Assembly: GCF_963506605.1 (NCBI RefSeq)
Contig: NC_083285.1
Location: 43,462,001 to 43,526,000 of the forward strand
DNA: 64,000 bases
Direction of reading: 5' to 3'
Source: Zootoca vivipara
Lineage: Eukaryota
Part shown: positions 1-15,539 of the stretch, one piece after another
How the letters are laid out: each line of letters begins with the position of its first letter
How positions within the stretch are numbered: the stretch's first letter is position 1
Translations under genes and position numbers: made by a program
Notes under the pieces: generated by a model
What the model saw: only the letters and a program-made list of their open reading frames with translations
Databases searched by the model: none
What the model was told of the DNA's origin: nothing

Positions 1-923
1 CAACAGACATCCAAGATGTTGGACAAAGATCAGCTGAGGGGAGAGCAGTCCCTTAAAAATTGCCACCAAGTGAGCACAGCAAGAGAGGAAACAAAGCACC
101 AGCGATATAGACGGAGGCTATAACAGACCTTGCCCCCCACCCCCAAGACAAACTCTGGAGAAGAAGAGAGTAGAGCAAGGGCACCAAGAAGCCACATTTA
201 CACCCAAGATGCAAAGCAAGAAAGCAGCTCAGATTCTTTCAGAGTCCTATTCTTAGAGGGCACCCTGTAACATTTGTATAAAAGAGCATTTCTTTGCTAC
301 AATTATCATCGTAGCTGATGCTTGCAATTGCAGCATTTAAACCTCACCCCTCCAGTTTAAGGAGTTTCTAAATAATGCCAACACACACTTAAAATACAGC
401 AAAGTGAAAAACAAAAGAGCAAAGGAACCGAGAAGATTTCACTTCAGCAGGAAGAACTTCATTTCAGAGGTTCAGCAGCCAGATGCCCCATGAAACAGGA
501 GGCTGAGAGCGCCATCATTTGTCAAGGAGGTCCTTCTACAGCCTGTGCACAACTGCACAAGAGGTCCTTCTCTGAACTTTGCATGTCCTTACTGCACACA
601 GCAAATACATGCACAAGGAAAGCCCAACTGATAAGCTGCAGAACAGCAGCAGGGCTCCATTGGGGAACGTTAACAATACAGTTATGGGCAAGCAGGGGCA
701 ACTGCCCAGGGCCTCACGCCAGGCCAGGCCTGCTGTTTCTGCCCACTTGGCAAGGCTCTCACCCTCCTCCCTTCCTAGAGCCACTTCACAGCCAGCCACT
801 CACTAGCATTCAGGCACAGGACTAGGAGGTAGCAGGTGAAATCTGGCTCAGATTTGTTTACTACAAAAAACTTAAGAAGCCATAAAAGATAACTTTGGAA
901 TGGGAGGGAGGGCACAGGCATAC

Positions 924-1124
924 CTGAGGCTGTTGGGCACTCGAAGGTGCTGAGGGGGCTGCTCCCAGCGAAACTGCATCATCTGCCACTGTGGGACTCG
1001 CCGTAGCCATGCCAGCCTGGGCTCCCCCTTCCTCTCGCTTGGTCAGGGGCCCCTTTTTTGTAGACTGCATCTTGATCTGCTGAGGCTTGGAGTTCATTGG
1101 AGAGTTATTTGTGGTCTGGAGTAA
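924..1124 (-). CDS. GTPBP1: GTPBP1 exon 11
   Basis: cag|[26 protein letters not shown]...SAQQPQ|gtatg, 201 nt. Confidence 0.9.
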
Positions 1125-2333
1125 CTGCCAGTCGAAAGGATGGTAGAGGCAAAAAAAAAAAAGAATTGTGCTTGTGTTGTTGCTTTCATTTTAAGCACAG
1201 AGTTGGTTTAAGCAAAGTTCACCTTTGACATTAAACAGGACCTCAATATGTTGAAAGAAAATGCTCTTCCCCAGGGAGACTCACTTGGCACCATCATTAC
1301 ACATATTTAGGCGCTAGGCTAGGGAAAGCCATTTCTCTTCTCCCAGGCCTTTGGCTAATTAAACATTCTATGGCCTTTTGAACTGGTTTGTGTGTATGTA
1401 TTGTTTTGTTTGTTACAATGTTGTGTATTTTTGTGTTTTTATATTGTAAACTTCCCGGTGATCCCAAGATGAAGGGTGGTATAAATTTAATAAATTAAAG
1501 GACTAGGAATGGTGCACACACACACACACAGCAACACACCAAATCTCATTCACACCTGCACAGCTCTCTTATCTCCCACTTCCCCTGCAGTGGGAAGGGA
1601 AGTGACAACAATTTCCTCTCTGTTCTTTAAGCACTTTCTGTTTCATGTCTCTTATTCCCTGCAGTAGGGCAGGTAGGTAAAGCAGAGGTGTGATAGCAAC
1701 ATCTAAGCCTCGCTGGGCCATACACCAAGTCAGGATGAAAATAGTCTCATTATTTCATTATTAGTTTCATTATTATTTTTAACCCAGGTCATGCTTGAAA
1801 CTGCCTTCTGTCAACGACCAGGTCCCACAAAGTTCCCAAGATCTTTTTAAAAAGTAATTTATAGAGATGGGAAGAAAGCACTTGAAGGCCAAGCAACTTG
1901 CCCTTCACCCAGAAAGGAAGCAAGGCCCACACAGCACAGACTAGGTGGCTGGGCTGGCAGAAAAGTTTCGCAAGTATTAAAAAACTTGGCCATTTGAGCA
2001 ACAAATGGTTTAAAAAATAGATGGGCAAACTTCCTTCAGCAAGGGAATACAGGAATTAGTGGAGAGGAAGAAAGCTTGTTCTGTCTAGCAGGGTTATATT
2101 CAAGTCTGGGTTTAAGGTTTGTTTGTTTTTTAAAAAAATCAACTAGCAATGCTCACTCCTATCCTGAAGATAGGGTGAAATCAAAATGAAAAGGAGAACA
2201 GAGCTACTAGTGCATATGATATGGTTTCCAGTCCTCACACTGCAAACTTCAAGGAAGGTATGGAAATTCTGAGAAGCCAAGCAACTTTCCCATCATCATC
2301 TGTCAAGAAGCTCGAGTTTTCAGTAACTAACTA

Positions 2334-2621
<288 letters not shown>

Positions 2622-3150
2622 TCAAACTGCAACAAGTGGACAAATCTCAGTAGCACAGGATACCCTGAACTGCCACCAGCTATGCTGCTGCATGCAGATG
2701 CTGCTAAATTCACAATACAAGCACCTTACGAATCCATGTTTGTCATCAGGTATATTCCATTTCGAGCGAAGAGGCAACGTCAAAAGATAATCTATGTACA
2801 TAGCACTAATCTGCTCAGCAAGCCAGCCCTACCTCCATGCCTCACAACTTCTATAGGGAAGGCTACAGAGGCCAGATGCAACTCTTCTATAGCCATCCAC
2901 TGAACCCATAGCTCAAGTGGGATTTTTATGAAGGTGCAAGTCAAGCACCCCTGGTGACAGATCCCATAAGAGCCTTCTATCACTTCCCAAATTGGATCCA
3001 CAAGGAATTGCTTTCTCTTTCAGCCCTCTTGTGGTTGCTGCTCCTCGTAAATTTGTCGGTAACAGAACTTAAACGACGCAACCACAAATTAGATACCCAG
3101 GGCCAAGGCAGGAGGAGTGTGTAAGGGGCAAAAAAAAAGCCTACACGTAC

Positions 3151-3286
3151 CCATCGCCTGATAACGTGGACTGATGGTGGTAGGATGATGCAGAACCAGA
3201 ATCTCAGCTTCAAATTCCCAAGACGCTTGAGGATTTAATCGGGGAGACACCATCACCATGCCTTTCCGGATAGAGGAGCGCTTGAT
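3151..3286 (-). CDS. GTPBP1: GTPBP1 exon 9
   Basis: [45 protein letters not shown], 136 nt. Confidence 0.95.
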
Positions 3287-4463
3287 CTGAAAGTGCAACA
3301 ATTTTAAAGCATAATTTAGCAATAAATTCACTTAGGCTGATTTTTTTTAAAAAGAAATATATATATTTTCCTAGCATTTTACAGATGAAAGAGTAGATAA
3401 GCCTCTTTTGGGATGGAATGGGATGCCCATCCAGTCAAACATAGTGCTGAGCATGAGTTTTACAAAGGTGTTGGGAGAAACATGAGAATGAAATAATTTC
3501 AAAAGAAAAATACTTCAAGGGATGGTTTTGGTCTGCACAAAATTGCTTTCCTTAAGGGATGTTGTCAGATTTTCTTACAAGCTGTCCTTCCTTCATCCCC
3601 TATGATTACAAACTTCAGTCCCAGACACACTTATGTTGCCTAAATGATGCAGTTTGAATGCTAGCTTTAAGTTGGAGAAATTACAAATGTCCATCCTTCA
3701 TGGATGTAGAGAAGTTGGGATGCAATAGTGAAAGTATTCCTTTGGCTTTCTCTCTGCCAAACCAATGACTCACTTAAAAGCACAATGTCCACTGCTACCT
3801 TTAGACAAGTTTAGTCCTAGCATGCCTTTGCAATATTAGACCCTGCAAATAAAACCTGCTCTCAGCCCCATATATTAAGCCTGACAAGTTGCAATCCTAA
3901 AAACAATGACTAGGGAGAAAACTACATCTGAATGCAGAAGGAGTTGATTCCATTGCCCAAGGATGAAGACAGATGTGATTAACAGCTGGATTTCATATGT
4001 CCCAAACATGAAGAATCAGCCACCATATGTTTCTCAGCAGCAGTTCTGGGTGCAACAGGAAACCAGCCAAGCACCTAACAGAACCCCATCTGTATGTCTG
4101 CTATCTCCTCCCACATTCTACCTTAAAACTGTGACGAAATGACACCATTTAAGGCGGCTCAAAAACCAGCACTAATATTCTCTTACCCCACAACCCTATT
4201 TTATTTACCATCTAGTCTGATGAAGATTTCTAGAGAACTTAAAAGCTTGCAAGTTATTTTATAGCATTAGGGATTGCCCACATGTGGATTTTGGAATTTT
4301 TTCTTATGGGCCAATGCAACTACCGGTGGCTTTACTTTTTGTGCAATCTTGAGTAAACATTCTCATAATTGCAGTGACAGTTTCCCCCCAAAAAAACACG
4401 TCATTTTCTCCCAACAGAAAAGCAATGGATGGAATACCCTTGGCCAATGAAGTCCACACACAC

Positions 4464-4646
4464 CTTCTTCAGAGCAAAGGAAGCAGTCTGTCCTCCTCGA
4501 ACCTCTTTGACGGGCATGCGCTTGCGGTGGATGGACTTCACAGCAATGGGCAAGAAGTTACCCAGAGGGTCTGGGCCGAGCAGCAAGGTGTCATTTAACT
4601 TGATCAGGCCTCTAAGTGTTGTCCCAGACACCACTGTCCCTACACC
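4464..4646 (-). CDS. GTPBP1: GTPBP1 exon 8
   Basis: [29 protein letters not shown]...[11 protein letters not shown], 183 nt. Confidence 0.95.
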
Positions 4647-4787
4647 CTGCATCAGGGAGAAGTGGAAAAGGCAAATGAATTAGTCACAATGGTAGAGCAA
4701 CAGCAGAATCAAGCCAACATCCCCATTCCTTCCTCCTCTTGGAAAAAAATTAGACTGAAGTGAGACTCTCAGCACCACTCTCCTTAC

Positions 4788-4932
4788 TGGAACAGAGTAC
4801 GTGTCATCTATCTGGAATTCTGCAGGCTCCTCTTCCCTGTAACTGGTCCTTGGAGACAGGAGATTGAGAAACATCTTAAGCAATTCCAGGTTCTCACCGG
4901 TGACATTGGAAATCTGGAATATTGGGCACATC
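4788..4932 (-). CDS. GTPBP1: GTPBP1 exon 7
   Basis: [48 protein letters not shown], 145 nt. Confidence 0.95.
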
Positions 4933-6070
4933 CTAATTGGAACAAAGAGAGATGGTGGAACATAAGAGTTATTCACAGTTCTAAGTTAGGTTGATCTTAA
5001 TACTTGCAAGACATCACATGTGCTGGTCGGAATGTTCAATATCAGAAGGAAAATTCCCTACAGGAAAGTACTAGCTGTAGTACCCTTAACACTACACTAG
5101 CGACATTCAGTTAAATAACTTTATCTACTGTACTTCTGTTTTTTCCTGGGATGGCAGCAAAAGTGCCCACTCAACTGGAGAGTCATCTTGCATGGTCAGC
5201 TTCCTTTGAAAATCACACGCTCTAGATCAGATGTAATATTTATGTTTTTAGCTCCTACAATTTTACTCTTTCCCCCCCTCTCTCATCAGCAGTTGGGACC
5301 AAGTCATTAAGAGAATGGTCCAGCAGACATGCCAACCACTATCAGTTGTCCAGGATATTTCAAGAAAAGGACAGACCTAACACAATGCTAGCTGCCAACC
5401 TCATGCAACTGTTCACTTCCTTCATTTATCCCAGCTTTCCAGTATGGCTTATCTTCTGATCCATAAATACGACATCCACATTTTGCGGTGGCGGCAGGGG
5501 TGGGTGGGTGTCTCATGCAATAGATCAGCAGCAGACTCCTGTCCAGACTTCTTGCAAGGCCATTCACTTTAGCCTCTACAAACATGCAGGGCCATTTCTT
5601 TTCTGCTCCTAACCATCACCCCCCATTCCCCCAAGTCCTCTGCTTGCTTTCATCCTTGCACCAATTGTGGATGCCAGAAATGGATTCAAAGCAACAGAGG
5701 CAACTCCACATGGTTTCATTAAAATTTGACCTTCGCATTTCCCACTCACTGGCAAGGAAAACAAACTAATATATGTGGCAAAAAGAAAGATGATTCCAGA
5801 AGTCCACTGTAACTCCAGTCCTGGCCATTTCTACCATCCATCTCCACCTCTTTGCATGCATTTCTTAAGCAGAAACCTGGATATTCTGTTTTGAATCTGC
5901 CCAACAGTACTAAAGGTGCAGATCCCACCAATTCAGGATCCTTGCCATTTAGCCTGTAAACATATTCCACATCTTTGTTGCAAATTCCTTATACTGTAAC
6001 TGGAAAAGGGCCTGTTTGTGCTCCCAACCAGTTATCATCCCAGAAGAGTATTGGGGTCAAAGTTCTAAGC

Positions 6071-6545
6071 CAGGGGTCCCAAGACTTACCCGCCTTTGGG
6101 GCGGTGGCCGCTGCGCCGATCGCGCGGCGGGCCGGAGGGCGGGGGAGTGTGCGCGCGGCGGGCCGGAGGGCGGGGGAGTGTGCACGCGGCGGGCCGGAGG
6201 GTGGGGGAGTGCGCGCCAGTGCGCATGCGCAAACCCATTTACTGGCGCGGTGGCGCGCTTCCAGGCCGGAAAAATTGCCAAAAATTGTTTGTGCGCATGC
6301 GTATGGGCCTCCCCCGACCCGGAAGTGCACCTCCCCCGACCCGGAAGTGCACCAGAAATGACCTCTTCTGGGTCGGGAGAGGCCCATACGCATGCGCAGA
6401 AACGATTTTCGGCGATTTTTTTCAAATCTGGAAGCACGCCGCCTCGCAGCGCGCCGCAAGAGCGGGCGGCGGGGGTCGTCACGGGCCGGATTGGGAGGCC
6501 AATTGGGCCGCATCTGGCCCGCGGGCCGTAGTCTGGGGACCCCTG
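6071..6545. mobile_element. Young GC-rich non-autonomous hAT-type transposon (MITE)
   Basis: 16-bp TIRs CAGGGGTCCC(A/C)AGACT; perfect 8-bp TSD TTCTAAGC (6063-6070, 6546-6553); CpGs undecayed. Confidence 0.9.
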
Positions 6546-6603
6546 TTCTAAGCCCATGTTCTAAGCAGGCAAAGAGTGGTCCACTTTGTTTTCATTTCTG
6601 TCA

Positions 6604-6747
<144 letters not shown>

Positions 6748-8241
6748 TCAATACGTGGGTTTGCCACATTCGCAACCTGAAGATTATGTTACCCAAGGTT
6801 AACGTAACCCGAGGGTCCACTGTGTGTCCTCATATGTAAAACCACAGAATTCAAAGAGGGTGTACTTTCTTTTCCCCATGATTGTATGTATGTGTGAGCA
6901 AGCTGGGATGTTGTTACAGATGCCAGCTTCCTAGGATTTTAAATTTAAAAGGAAAGCTATTTAAGTATCAAGAACATATAAGTGAACATGCAGGAGTCTT
7001 TGACACAAAAGGGTTAGTGAAATCGGGCTTTAGAGGTTGTAGTATGGGGCTTCTTGTGCCCTTAACAGATACTTTCTCTCTCCATGTCTGGATGTTGACC
7101 ACACATTGACAAACCTTCCCCAGTCTGACACCTCCAGATTTCTGGATTACCACCCCCCCCATTATGGACCATTGGCCATATCAACCAAGGATGATGGGAG
7201 CCATAGTAAATGCATCTGGTGGGCACCAGGATATTGATCTGAAAAACAAGCCAGCTATTACAGCTAGTATGTATTGAATTTCCATTGCTATTCTAACTGT
7301 AGAAGTTGTCACGCTAAGCCTCGGAGAGAGAAATAAGTTCAGTCTTGCTACTAAGAAGCTATCAAAAGATTACATACAATCCAGAATTTTGCATAGGCTT
7401 TTCTGTACCACGCATCCTGTGACAATTTCAGGAAGCCTGCAGGGAGACCATGAAATCCAGCTCTTATGACTGGAAGGCTATTGTTTTCACAAGAAATAAC
7501 TAGGGTGTGTTTTTTGCTTGTGAACTAGTGGTTTAATTTTGTTTGCTTACAAAGCTAGCGGTGCTAGCAGAGCTTTGAAAAGATGTCCAATTCTAGCCAA
7601 ACCCTTGTCTAAAAATTTGCCCCTGGTGGTAGATTCCATGTCTAATTGTTTGTTGTGCTAGATGCTCCTCTAAGACAAGAGTTTGTCTTTGCCAGAATAA
7701 AGTGATTCCCCCACAAATGCTTACTGTTATGATGAGGAGTGAAAAACAAGTTGTGCACATGAAAGATGGGTGCCAAAAGGTATGGAACATCATGTACACA
7801 TTTTACAAGTGCCTGCTTTGAAGCACACCAAATGCTAGGACCGCCTGACCAATTCTCAAATTTCCATTTTCTACTGCAGTGCTAGCTGCACATTGCAGGG
7901 GTTCCTTGGTCACCTTGTGCAGCAAGTAACAGAAAAGCCATTAATTGCAGCACCATAAGACCAGGGGTCTCTTGAATAGAAGCCCACACATTTTGAATGA
8001 GCTTGGTAGCAAACCATTTGCTCTCTTGCTTTCCACTGTGCAGTCCCAAAGTGCATGCCTTTTCTATTTGATGGCCAACATCTGCCACTAGTGATCATCT
8101 TTGTGGACCTCTTCTCTTGGAAGTGCATAATTACATACAGGGGAGAAGGCAATAATATTTCCTAAGCAGTCATTTTGGTTGCACAGTTTATGGCTATTGG
8201 CCACAATAGCTAAATGGTTTCTCAGTGTTCAGGGATACCGT

Positions 8242-8331
8242 CATAGCTGCCAAGTTATCCCTTTTTTTAAGGGAAATTCAATTATGCTGAATAGGCTTCC
8301 TCGTGAGAAAAGGGGAAACTTGGCAGCTATG
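8242..8331. mobile_element. 90-bp hAT-type MITE
   Basis: Perfect 15-bp TIR CATAGCTGCCAAGTT; 8-bp TSD GATACCGT (8234-8241, 8332-8339). Confidence 0.9.
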
Positions 8332-8866
8332 GATACCGTGTAACTGAACATCAGTTGCAGGAGGGGAGACAGCAGGGAAGAGTTGCTGCTTTCGCTTCAG
8401 GAAGCACCGTGTTGGGCCCTGTGGGGAACAGGCTACACTAATTGGTTCTTTCATGACCCTAAGAACCAGGAAGTGAACAGATGCAAAAAGTATAAATCTC
8501 AGTTGCCTTCTCTTTCCTGTAAGCTTATTTACAGCAATTGGGGGAAGAACACAAGTCAAAACATTGCTTTTGAGCAGCTTCACAGTTGCAAAATAATTGT
8601 TTTAGAACTGCTGATATGACAGTTTTAAGAGACCAGCTACAGCGAATAAATTGTATGTCAAATAAGTCTCAACGAGTAAGAAGCACTGCAGGCCAGGAAT
8701 TGGGAGATGGCTAGAAAGAAGAGTTTGCTTAAACAGCTCCTTAATAGTCTGAAGACACTACCAAAACAGATGGCAAACACTTCATGGGAGAGAGAAGCTG
8801 TTTGCGCCATCTTCAGTTTATTTTATTTATATACCACCCTTCACCCCACAATTACAGGGCAGTTTA

Positions 8867-9163
<297 letters not shown>

Positions 9164-10226
9164 CTATCTAATACTGTTGTCCCACTAGCACAACAGACTT
9201 CTATTTGTGCAACGGAGCTTCTCTTTCCTCTCCTCCCAATTCAGCCCCCTTGTACAGCTTCAAAACCTGCTCCAGACGGTTGCAGGACTTCTGCTCACAC
9301 AGCATTGAACAGAAGCCCAGTACTCTTACAATAAAGTAAGAGCTAATTCAGACATTAGCACTTGCCACTCTTGGAATAACGTTGCTGGTATGTTCTATGG
9401 TGTGCAAAGTAAACCAGAAAGGCTTATTATTTCCTACTGCTTCACCAGGACAATGTCAAGAACTGATGGAAGAGGAATCCTGGGTCCTATTCCCAGAATC
9501 CTCTCAGGAAAAGCCATGGTGGAATAGGTTATCAACTAAATTTTTCCCAGTTCATGCCAATCAAAAAATCACTTTAAAAAACCATTGCATTTGCAGGTGA
9601 CATTGTGTCAGAGCTAGCTTTCCTGTGGGTGCATGCCCACTACCTCCTTCTCCTAGCATTGCCAAGAATGGCTAGTACAATCTCCTCCAAAATAAGTGTC
9701 ATAACTAGAGCTCTACTTCTCTGCTTTGCTGCAGGGAAGCCAGTGACGCTATTCAGATGATGTTCCCAGCCTCCCTGGCTTATGAAGTCAGGGACTAGCA
9801 TTGGGGCCAAGCACTCCTCCCCAACTCTTCTTCCTCACATCACATGCCAGCTTCACCACAAAGCTCCTGGTGAAGCCAAAATTCTCAATTACAGCCAACC
9901 CCCGATTTGTGTGTGGGGGGGTGTTATGTTCCAGGTCATTGCACACTTGCATGAAATCACATGCAATGGATACACCCTGCTCCGCTCCCCACCCCCCATT
10001 TTGGTGACATCTTTCTTGATCACTTCCAGGGCCGGCACTGTGTGTATGTGCACGGTCGCATGCATATTGGTCGTGCCTAAAATGGGTGTTCCCCGTACCT
10101 CCAAACTGGAGAACTCTGGTTTAATGTCAATTAACAAAACTGGAAAATAATCTAGCATCACAATCTAGGGATAGGAAACCTATGACCTTCCAGATGCTCT
10201 TGAACTCCAACTCTCATCACCACCAC

Positions 10227-10863
10227 TAGTGATGTTAAATTCTCGAAAATAATCTTTTGGAGAATATTCTCAAGAATATTCTCGATTAATGAGAATATTG
10301 TACCTTTGAATGGCACTGCAAAAACCAGTTACTGGCACTGAATAAAAATATAGAAACATCAACTGTTTAAATCAAGGCCAGCTCACATGCTGTTACACAT
10401 AATTGTATAGGCCTAGGTACTTTAAGTGTAGAAAGCATTAAAACTTTCTGTAAAAAAAAAAAAAATTAAAAAAATCACACTGTATAGAATTGCTAAGATA
10501 AGGTCACACCAAAATAGAAAAAAAGGCTATTACAAATAGTTGAAATACATACGAATTCAAATGTTCATCAAATTAAATGAATAGCATTTTTAAAACTAAA
10601 AAATAATAATAATGTTTTCTGTAGCTCACATTTCAGAACTGCCAATGGTGAATGACACAATGTCCAGTAATGTAACTGGATCAAAAAAAAACATTCATTA
10701 CTTACATTGGCAATATCACAGCTTGACTTATTATTTACCAGATTTTTAAAATGTGGGTTGCAAAACTGGTTCTTACATTAGAATTTACCGTTCATGGAAA
10801 ATATTCTCTGGAGAATTTTCTAGCAGAGAATACTGTCAAGAATATTCTCACATCACCTCTCTA
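10227..10863. mobile_element. AT-rich non-autonomous DNA transposon nested in an older MITE
   Basis: Imperfect TIRs TAGTGATGT/ACATCAC..CTA; subterminal GAATATTCTC repeats; near-perfect 8-bp TSD A(C/T)CACCAC; interrupts a CCAGATG...GATCTGGAGG element. Confidence 0.6.
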
Positions 10864-11932
10864 ATCACCACCCACCAACCATGTTGGCTGGGGCGAATGG
10901 ACTTGGGAATCCAACAAGATCTGGAGGGCCACAGGTTTTCCTTTTCCTGACATATGCCATGCTTGATGAAGCTGGGAACAATGTCTCAACTGAGCCACTA
11001 TCTCAGAGTGTATCAACTACCCCTTAATGTCATTCTGTAAGCATGTCATCAAGTGGCAGGCTGTGGCTCTTATTGATAAGAAAGGTTGACATGGAATACT
11101 GACCCATGAACAGAAAACTAACTAAAGAATTTCTAAACCACTTCATCTCCTCACAAGGAGTCTGTAGTTTAGACTACTTGCCAATAAATCTGAGAATTCT
11201 TTGTTTATGTGACTGAAGCACACATACTCCAAAACCAAAAACAGGAATGTGCCACAATGGGAGGAATAGTTTGCCTCTCATGGTTGCGGAAAGAAATCCA
11301 CTGATACAGATAGAACCTGAGACAAGTTGTGTTAAGCCACTATGGCAGAATTAGGTGTCCTCACAGTGCAGAAAAAAAATATTTGTTGTTGTTGCAACTG
11401 CTGCTGCTGCTGGGAGAGGAGGGAGACCAGCAAGGACAAATGTCAAATTAAGTTCTGGAAACAGGTACCGAACCTTGAATGCTTTGCACACATGACAATA
11501 TCTTTGACACCCTGACACATGGGCAGGGGGCACTTCAGAAAGAGCTTTTCTGAACTTCATGGTGTTTTTGCTAAGAGCATTTACTTATGTAGAAGCTCGC
11601 ACCTGTATCTGACGCATGAGCATGAATGGAGAACTCAGTTCAATCCTTAACATAGGCCATAAATCACCCTCAGATAGGCAAAAGAGGAATGTGGTGAATC
11701 ACAATAAACAGTCCTCCAAGCAGTTTGTTCCCAACCTTGAAGCCTCCAACATTCTACAGTGGGAAATCACCACTTACTGAGAGTGAAATGACCCATGGCC
11801 CAAACTAACTTCTGAGCTCCTGATCACAATTTAACAGTGGGAATTCTAGCCTATATTGTTTTCATTAATTCCTTAACTCTCCAACAAAAAAGATGGGAAA
11901 GTGCTGTGGATGTTAAGAGCCCCTTGCTGCTA

Positions 11933-12343
<411 letters not shown>

Positions 12344-12435
12344 TCAGCGGTCATGTGCAATCTCTGAATAAGGCTAAAACCCTTTAAAAAGGAGTAAAAG
12401 ACAGGACTAGAGCTAGAAGGGAATAGGAATCGGAA

Positions 12436-12510
12436 GCTGTCCCGTACAGGGGTCAAACTTGCCACCTTGGCATTATCAGCACCATGCTCTAACCAACTGA
12501 GCTATCCAGG
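12436..12510 (-). mobile_element. tRNA-derived SINE head fragment
   Basis: GGATAGCTCAGTTGGTTAGAGC A-box and degraded B-box; adjacent 18-bp duplication AGCTATCCAGGCTTACAC. Confidence 0.55.
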
Positions 12511-12756
12511 CTTACACATAGTAGCTATCCAGGCTTACACTCCTTTCATTCAGATACTGCTTGATCAGCCAAGTATGTGCGTAAGATCCTAACCACTGGC
12601 TTGTAAACAAAGCATAGAGGAAAGGAAAGTTAATTAGTAAGGAGAGGCAGAGTCACTCCCATAGCCAAACCAGAGTTTCCAGCTTCTCACCACTACGTGT
12701 GCAGGTTACAGAAGTGAGTTTCATGCTGACAAACACTCCTTCTACCTATCTCCTTA

Positions 12757-13008
<252 letters not shown>

Positions 13009-14445
13009 TCATTAATGTAACCTCACCAGGGTCTTGCCACAGATGGGCTGGGCAAGGAAATAAAGAATCCATTTTAATTTCAAATGTTTATGCAATGCAA
13101 TGCATCAAGCTGTTCATTTAGCCCTATTTCTCCAGGCTAAACAGCGCCAACCTCAAAAGTTTGGAAGGAAAGGTGGGATGTACAAGAGTCAATTGTGCTA
13201 CCCTCTTCAAAACCTTGGTTCCATTAGTTGAAGACACAGCAAGAAGGTCATTACCTAATCCCGCACCCTATCTAGATGTAACCAAGATGCCCTCCAGATG
13301 TTTTGGACCACTGTTGCCATCAGACTCAGCCAGCATAGTCAATGGTCAGGGATGATGGGGGCTGTAGTTCACAAGATGTGGTTGACTCCTCTTACCCTAA
13401 CCCATTAAATGCTGATAATAGTAGAGAAACTTATGCTGGTGCAAATCTAACATTTGCTACACTCCCCCCCCCCACCCTGTTTCTTTGAAGACTGAGCAGA
13501 CTGATATCACCTGAGCCAAGAACACCAATGCCAAAACCACCATTCACTTCAAAGGCAGCAAACCCCTTTAATCTTTTACATTGGGTGGTGGGAGTAAAGA
13601 AAAGTAAATATGTAGCACTACCAAAACAAAACACCCCAATTAGAGGAAAAACATCAACTGCTCTAAACATTTTCAACTTGCTTTACGGAAAAAGCCCATG
13701 ACTGCATGCAATGCTAAGCTAAGCCAGGGCTTAGCAACAACAACCAAACATGCAGCTACCCAGAGTGAAAACTGTGGCTGCTTTGCTCCTCCACTGGTCC
13801 TGCTGCTGTTTCACTACTCAGAGCCAAACCATTGGGCTTACTGTTACATGCAAACCCAAACTTGAGGTTTTCCACACACTCAACAAACAGTGAACTTATT
13901 GTAACCAAGATTTGCTCTTGGTTTACCATTCACAGTTTGTTTGGGGGAAAACAAACAATTCACTAGCTGCTAGAATTATGCTCAGATCATATGAAGCACT
14001 CATTCATGGTTGAATTTAGCCATAACCGTATTGAGTCCATCCTGGGATTGTGAGAATAGTACACATCGGCAGCGCACAGTAACAAAGGGATTTCTGTGCC
14101 AGCCTCTCTGGGAAAGTGGTGCTCTTGAGCATATGGTTTGGAACAGATCATTCAAATTATGGTTTAATAGCAGAGAAGCTAAAACACATCCCTTCTTTAC
14201 CCCACATGTCATTTGAATGGGCTATACTTATTCAAAACACAGGTTAGCATTGTTTACTGAAAGCAAATAGTTACTACTAGGCATATGTGGCTAAAGCTAA
14301 CATGCAACACAGCTGCATGCAGGAATTTATTTGTTATGGAAGAAAGGCTTTTAACTCTTGAGATCTAATATACTAACTGTCCCATCCCACAAACCCTATA
14401 CATCAAGCAATAGCTGCTTCTGTTGAAACCACTATAGCATCTTTA

Positions 14446-14619
<174 letters not shown>

Positions 14620-15465
14620 TTAAACATCCTGATATGGGGGAGGGGCCCAAAATCACTGGCACTAGTAGATGATTTTCTAGAGACCACATTCTCTCAAATT
14701 GTTTATGAACTGTTTTTCAAGAAGTTCATAATTATGAGACTCAGCTTATACTCAAAAGATACATACTCCGGTCCTTTTGGGGTGGGGATAGGGGCTTATG
14801 ACACGGGGGGGTGGGAAGGGTTGATATGACACCAAGGAGCCACCAAGTATAAAGGGAAATTCAGAAAGCTTAGCAAAAGCAGTGTGAAGAAGGCTGACAA
14901 GTGTGTGTGTGTGTAATCATTCTAAATACACTGAAGATCAAACAAATCCTTAGTAATGTAAAAAATATTCTGCTGCTTTGTGATGGCTTATAACAAAAAA
15001 TAAACTCAAGGTACTCTTATTTTATTAATAACTTAGATCACATGAAAAGCCACTCCACTTTTCCCTATGACTTCCATTTACCCACAACTGCAGAGGTCAC
15101 ACAAATAAAAATAAAAATTGTAAAGCACAACAGCCCCAGATGCCTAAACTTACAAAATGGTCCATCATCAGTTTTCATGGATACTCTGCTCTGAGATTTT
15201 GTCCCTTTTGAGCATGTCACATGATGCCCATCCAGCAGGTTAATAGCAGTCATGCAGGTATCGCTGCCCATTCTTTTGTTTAAACATTGCCCCTCATTCC
15301 ACTTCAGGGTAGTACTACAGAACATAAAGGCTATCCCTAAACTTCACCCACAACAGCTGTTTAACAATTTCAACTTTAACTTTTGTTTTTTAAGCAATGC
15401 ACTAAAAAGATAAGCGAGAAGCTTGAACTTTGCACTTAGAAGGGCTGTATTAACACAGCACGAGG

Positions 15466-15498
15466 GTGTTGTTGTTGTTGCTGCTGCTGCTGCTGCTG
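15466..15498. repeat. Compound (GTT)n(GCT)n microsatellite
   Basis: Seen directly. Confidence 0.9.
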
Positions 15499-15539
15499 TG
15501 GAAACTACAAACAGGGAAACAACTTCAGCTGAAACCCTA

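Noticed and set aside
1-923. Final GTPBP1 exon (GGRRRGGQRHK-like)
   Set aside because: Not found in any minus-strand frame; it must lie beyond the window start.
12436-12510. tRNA-like sequence
   Set aside because: B-box and acceptor stem degraded; consistent with a SINE head.
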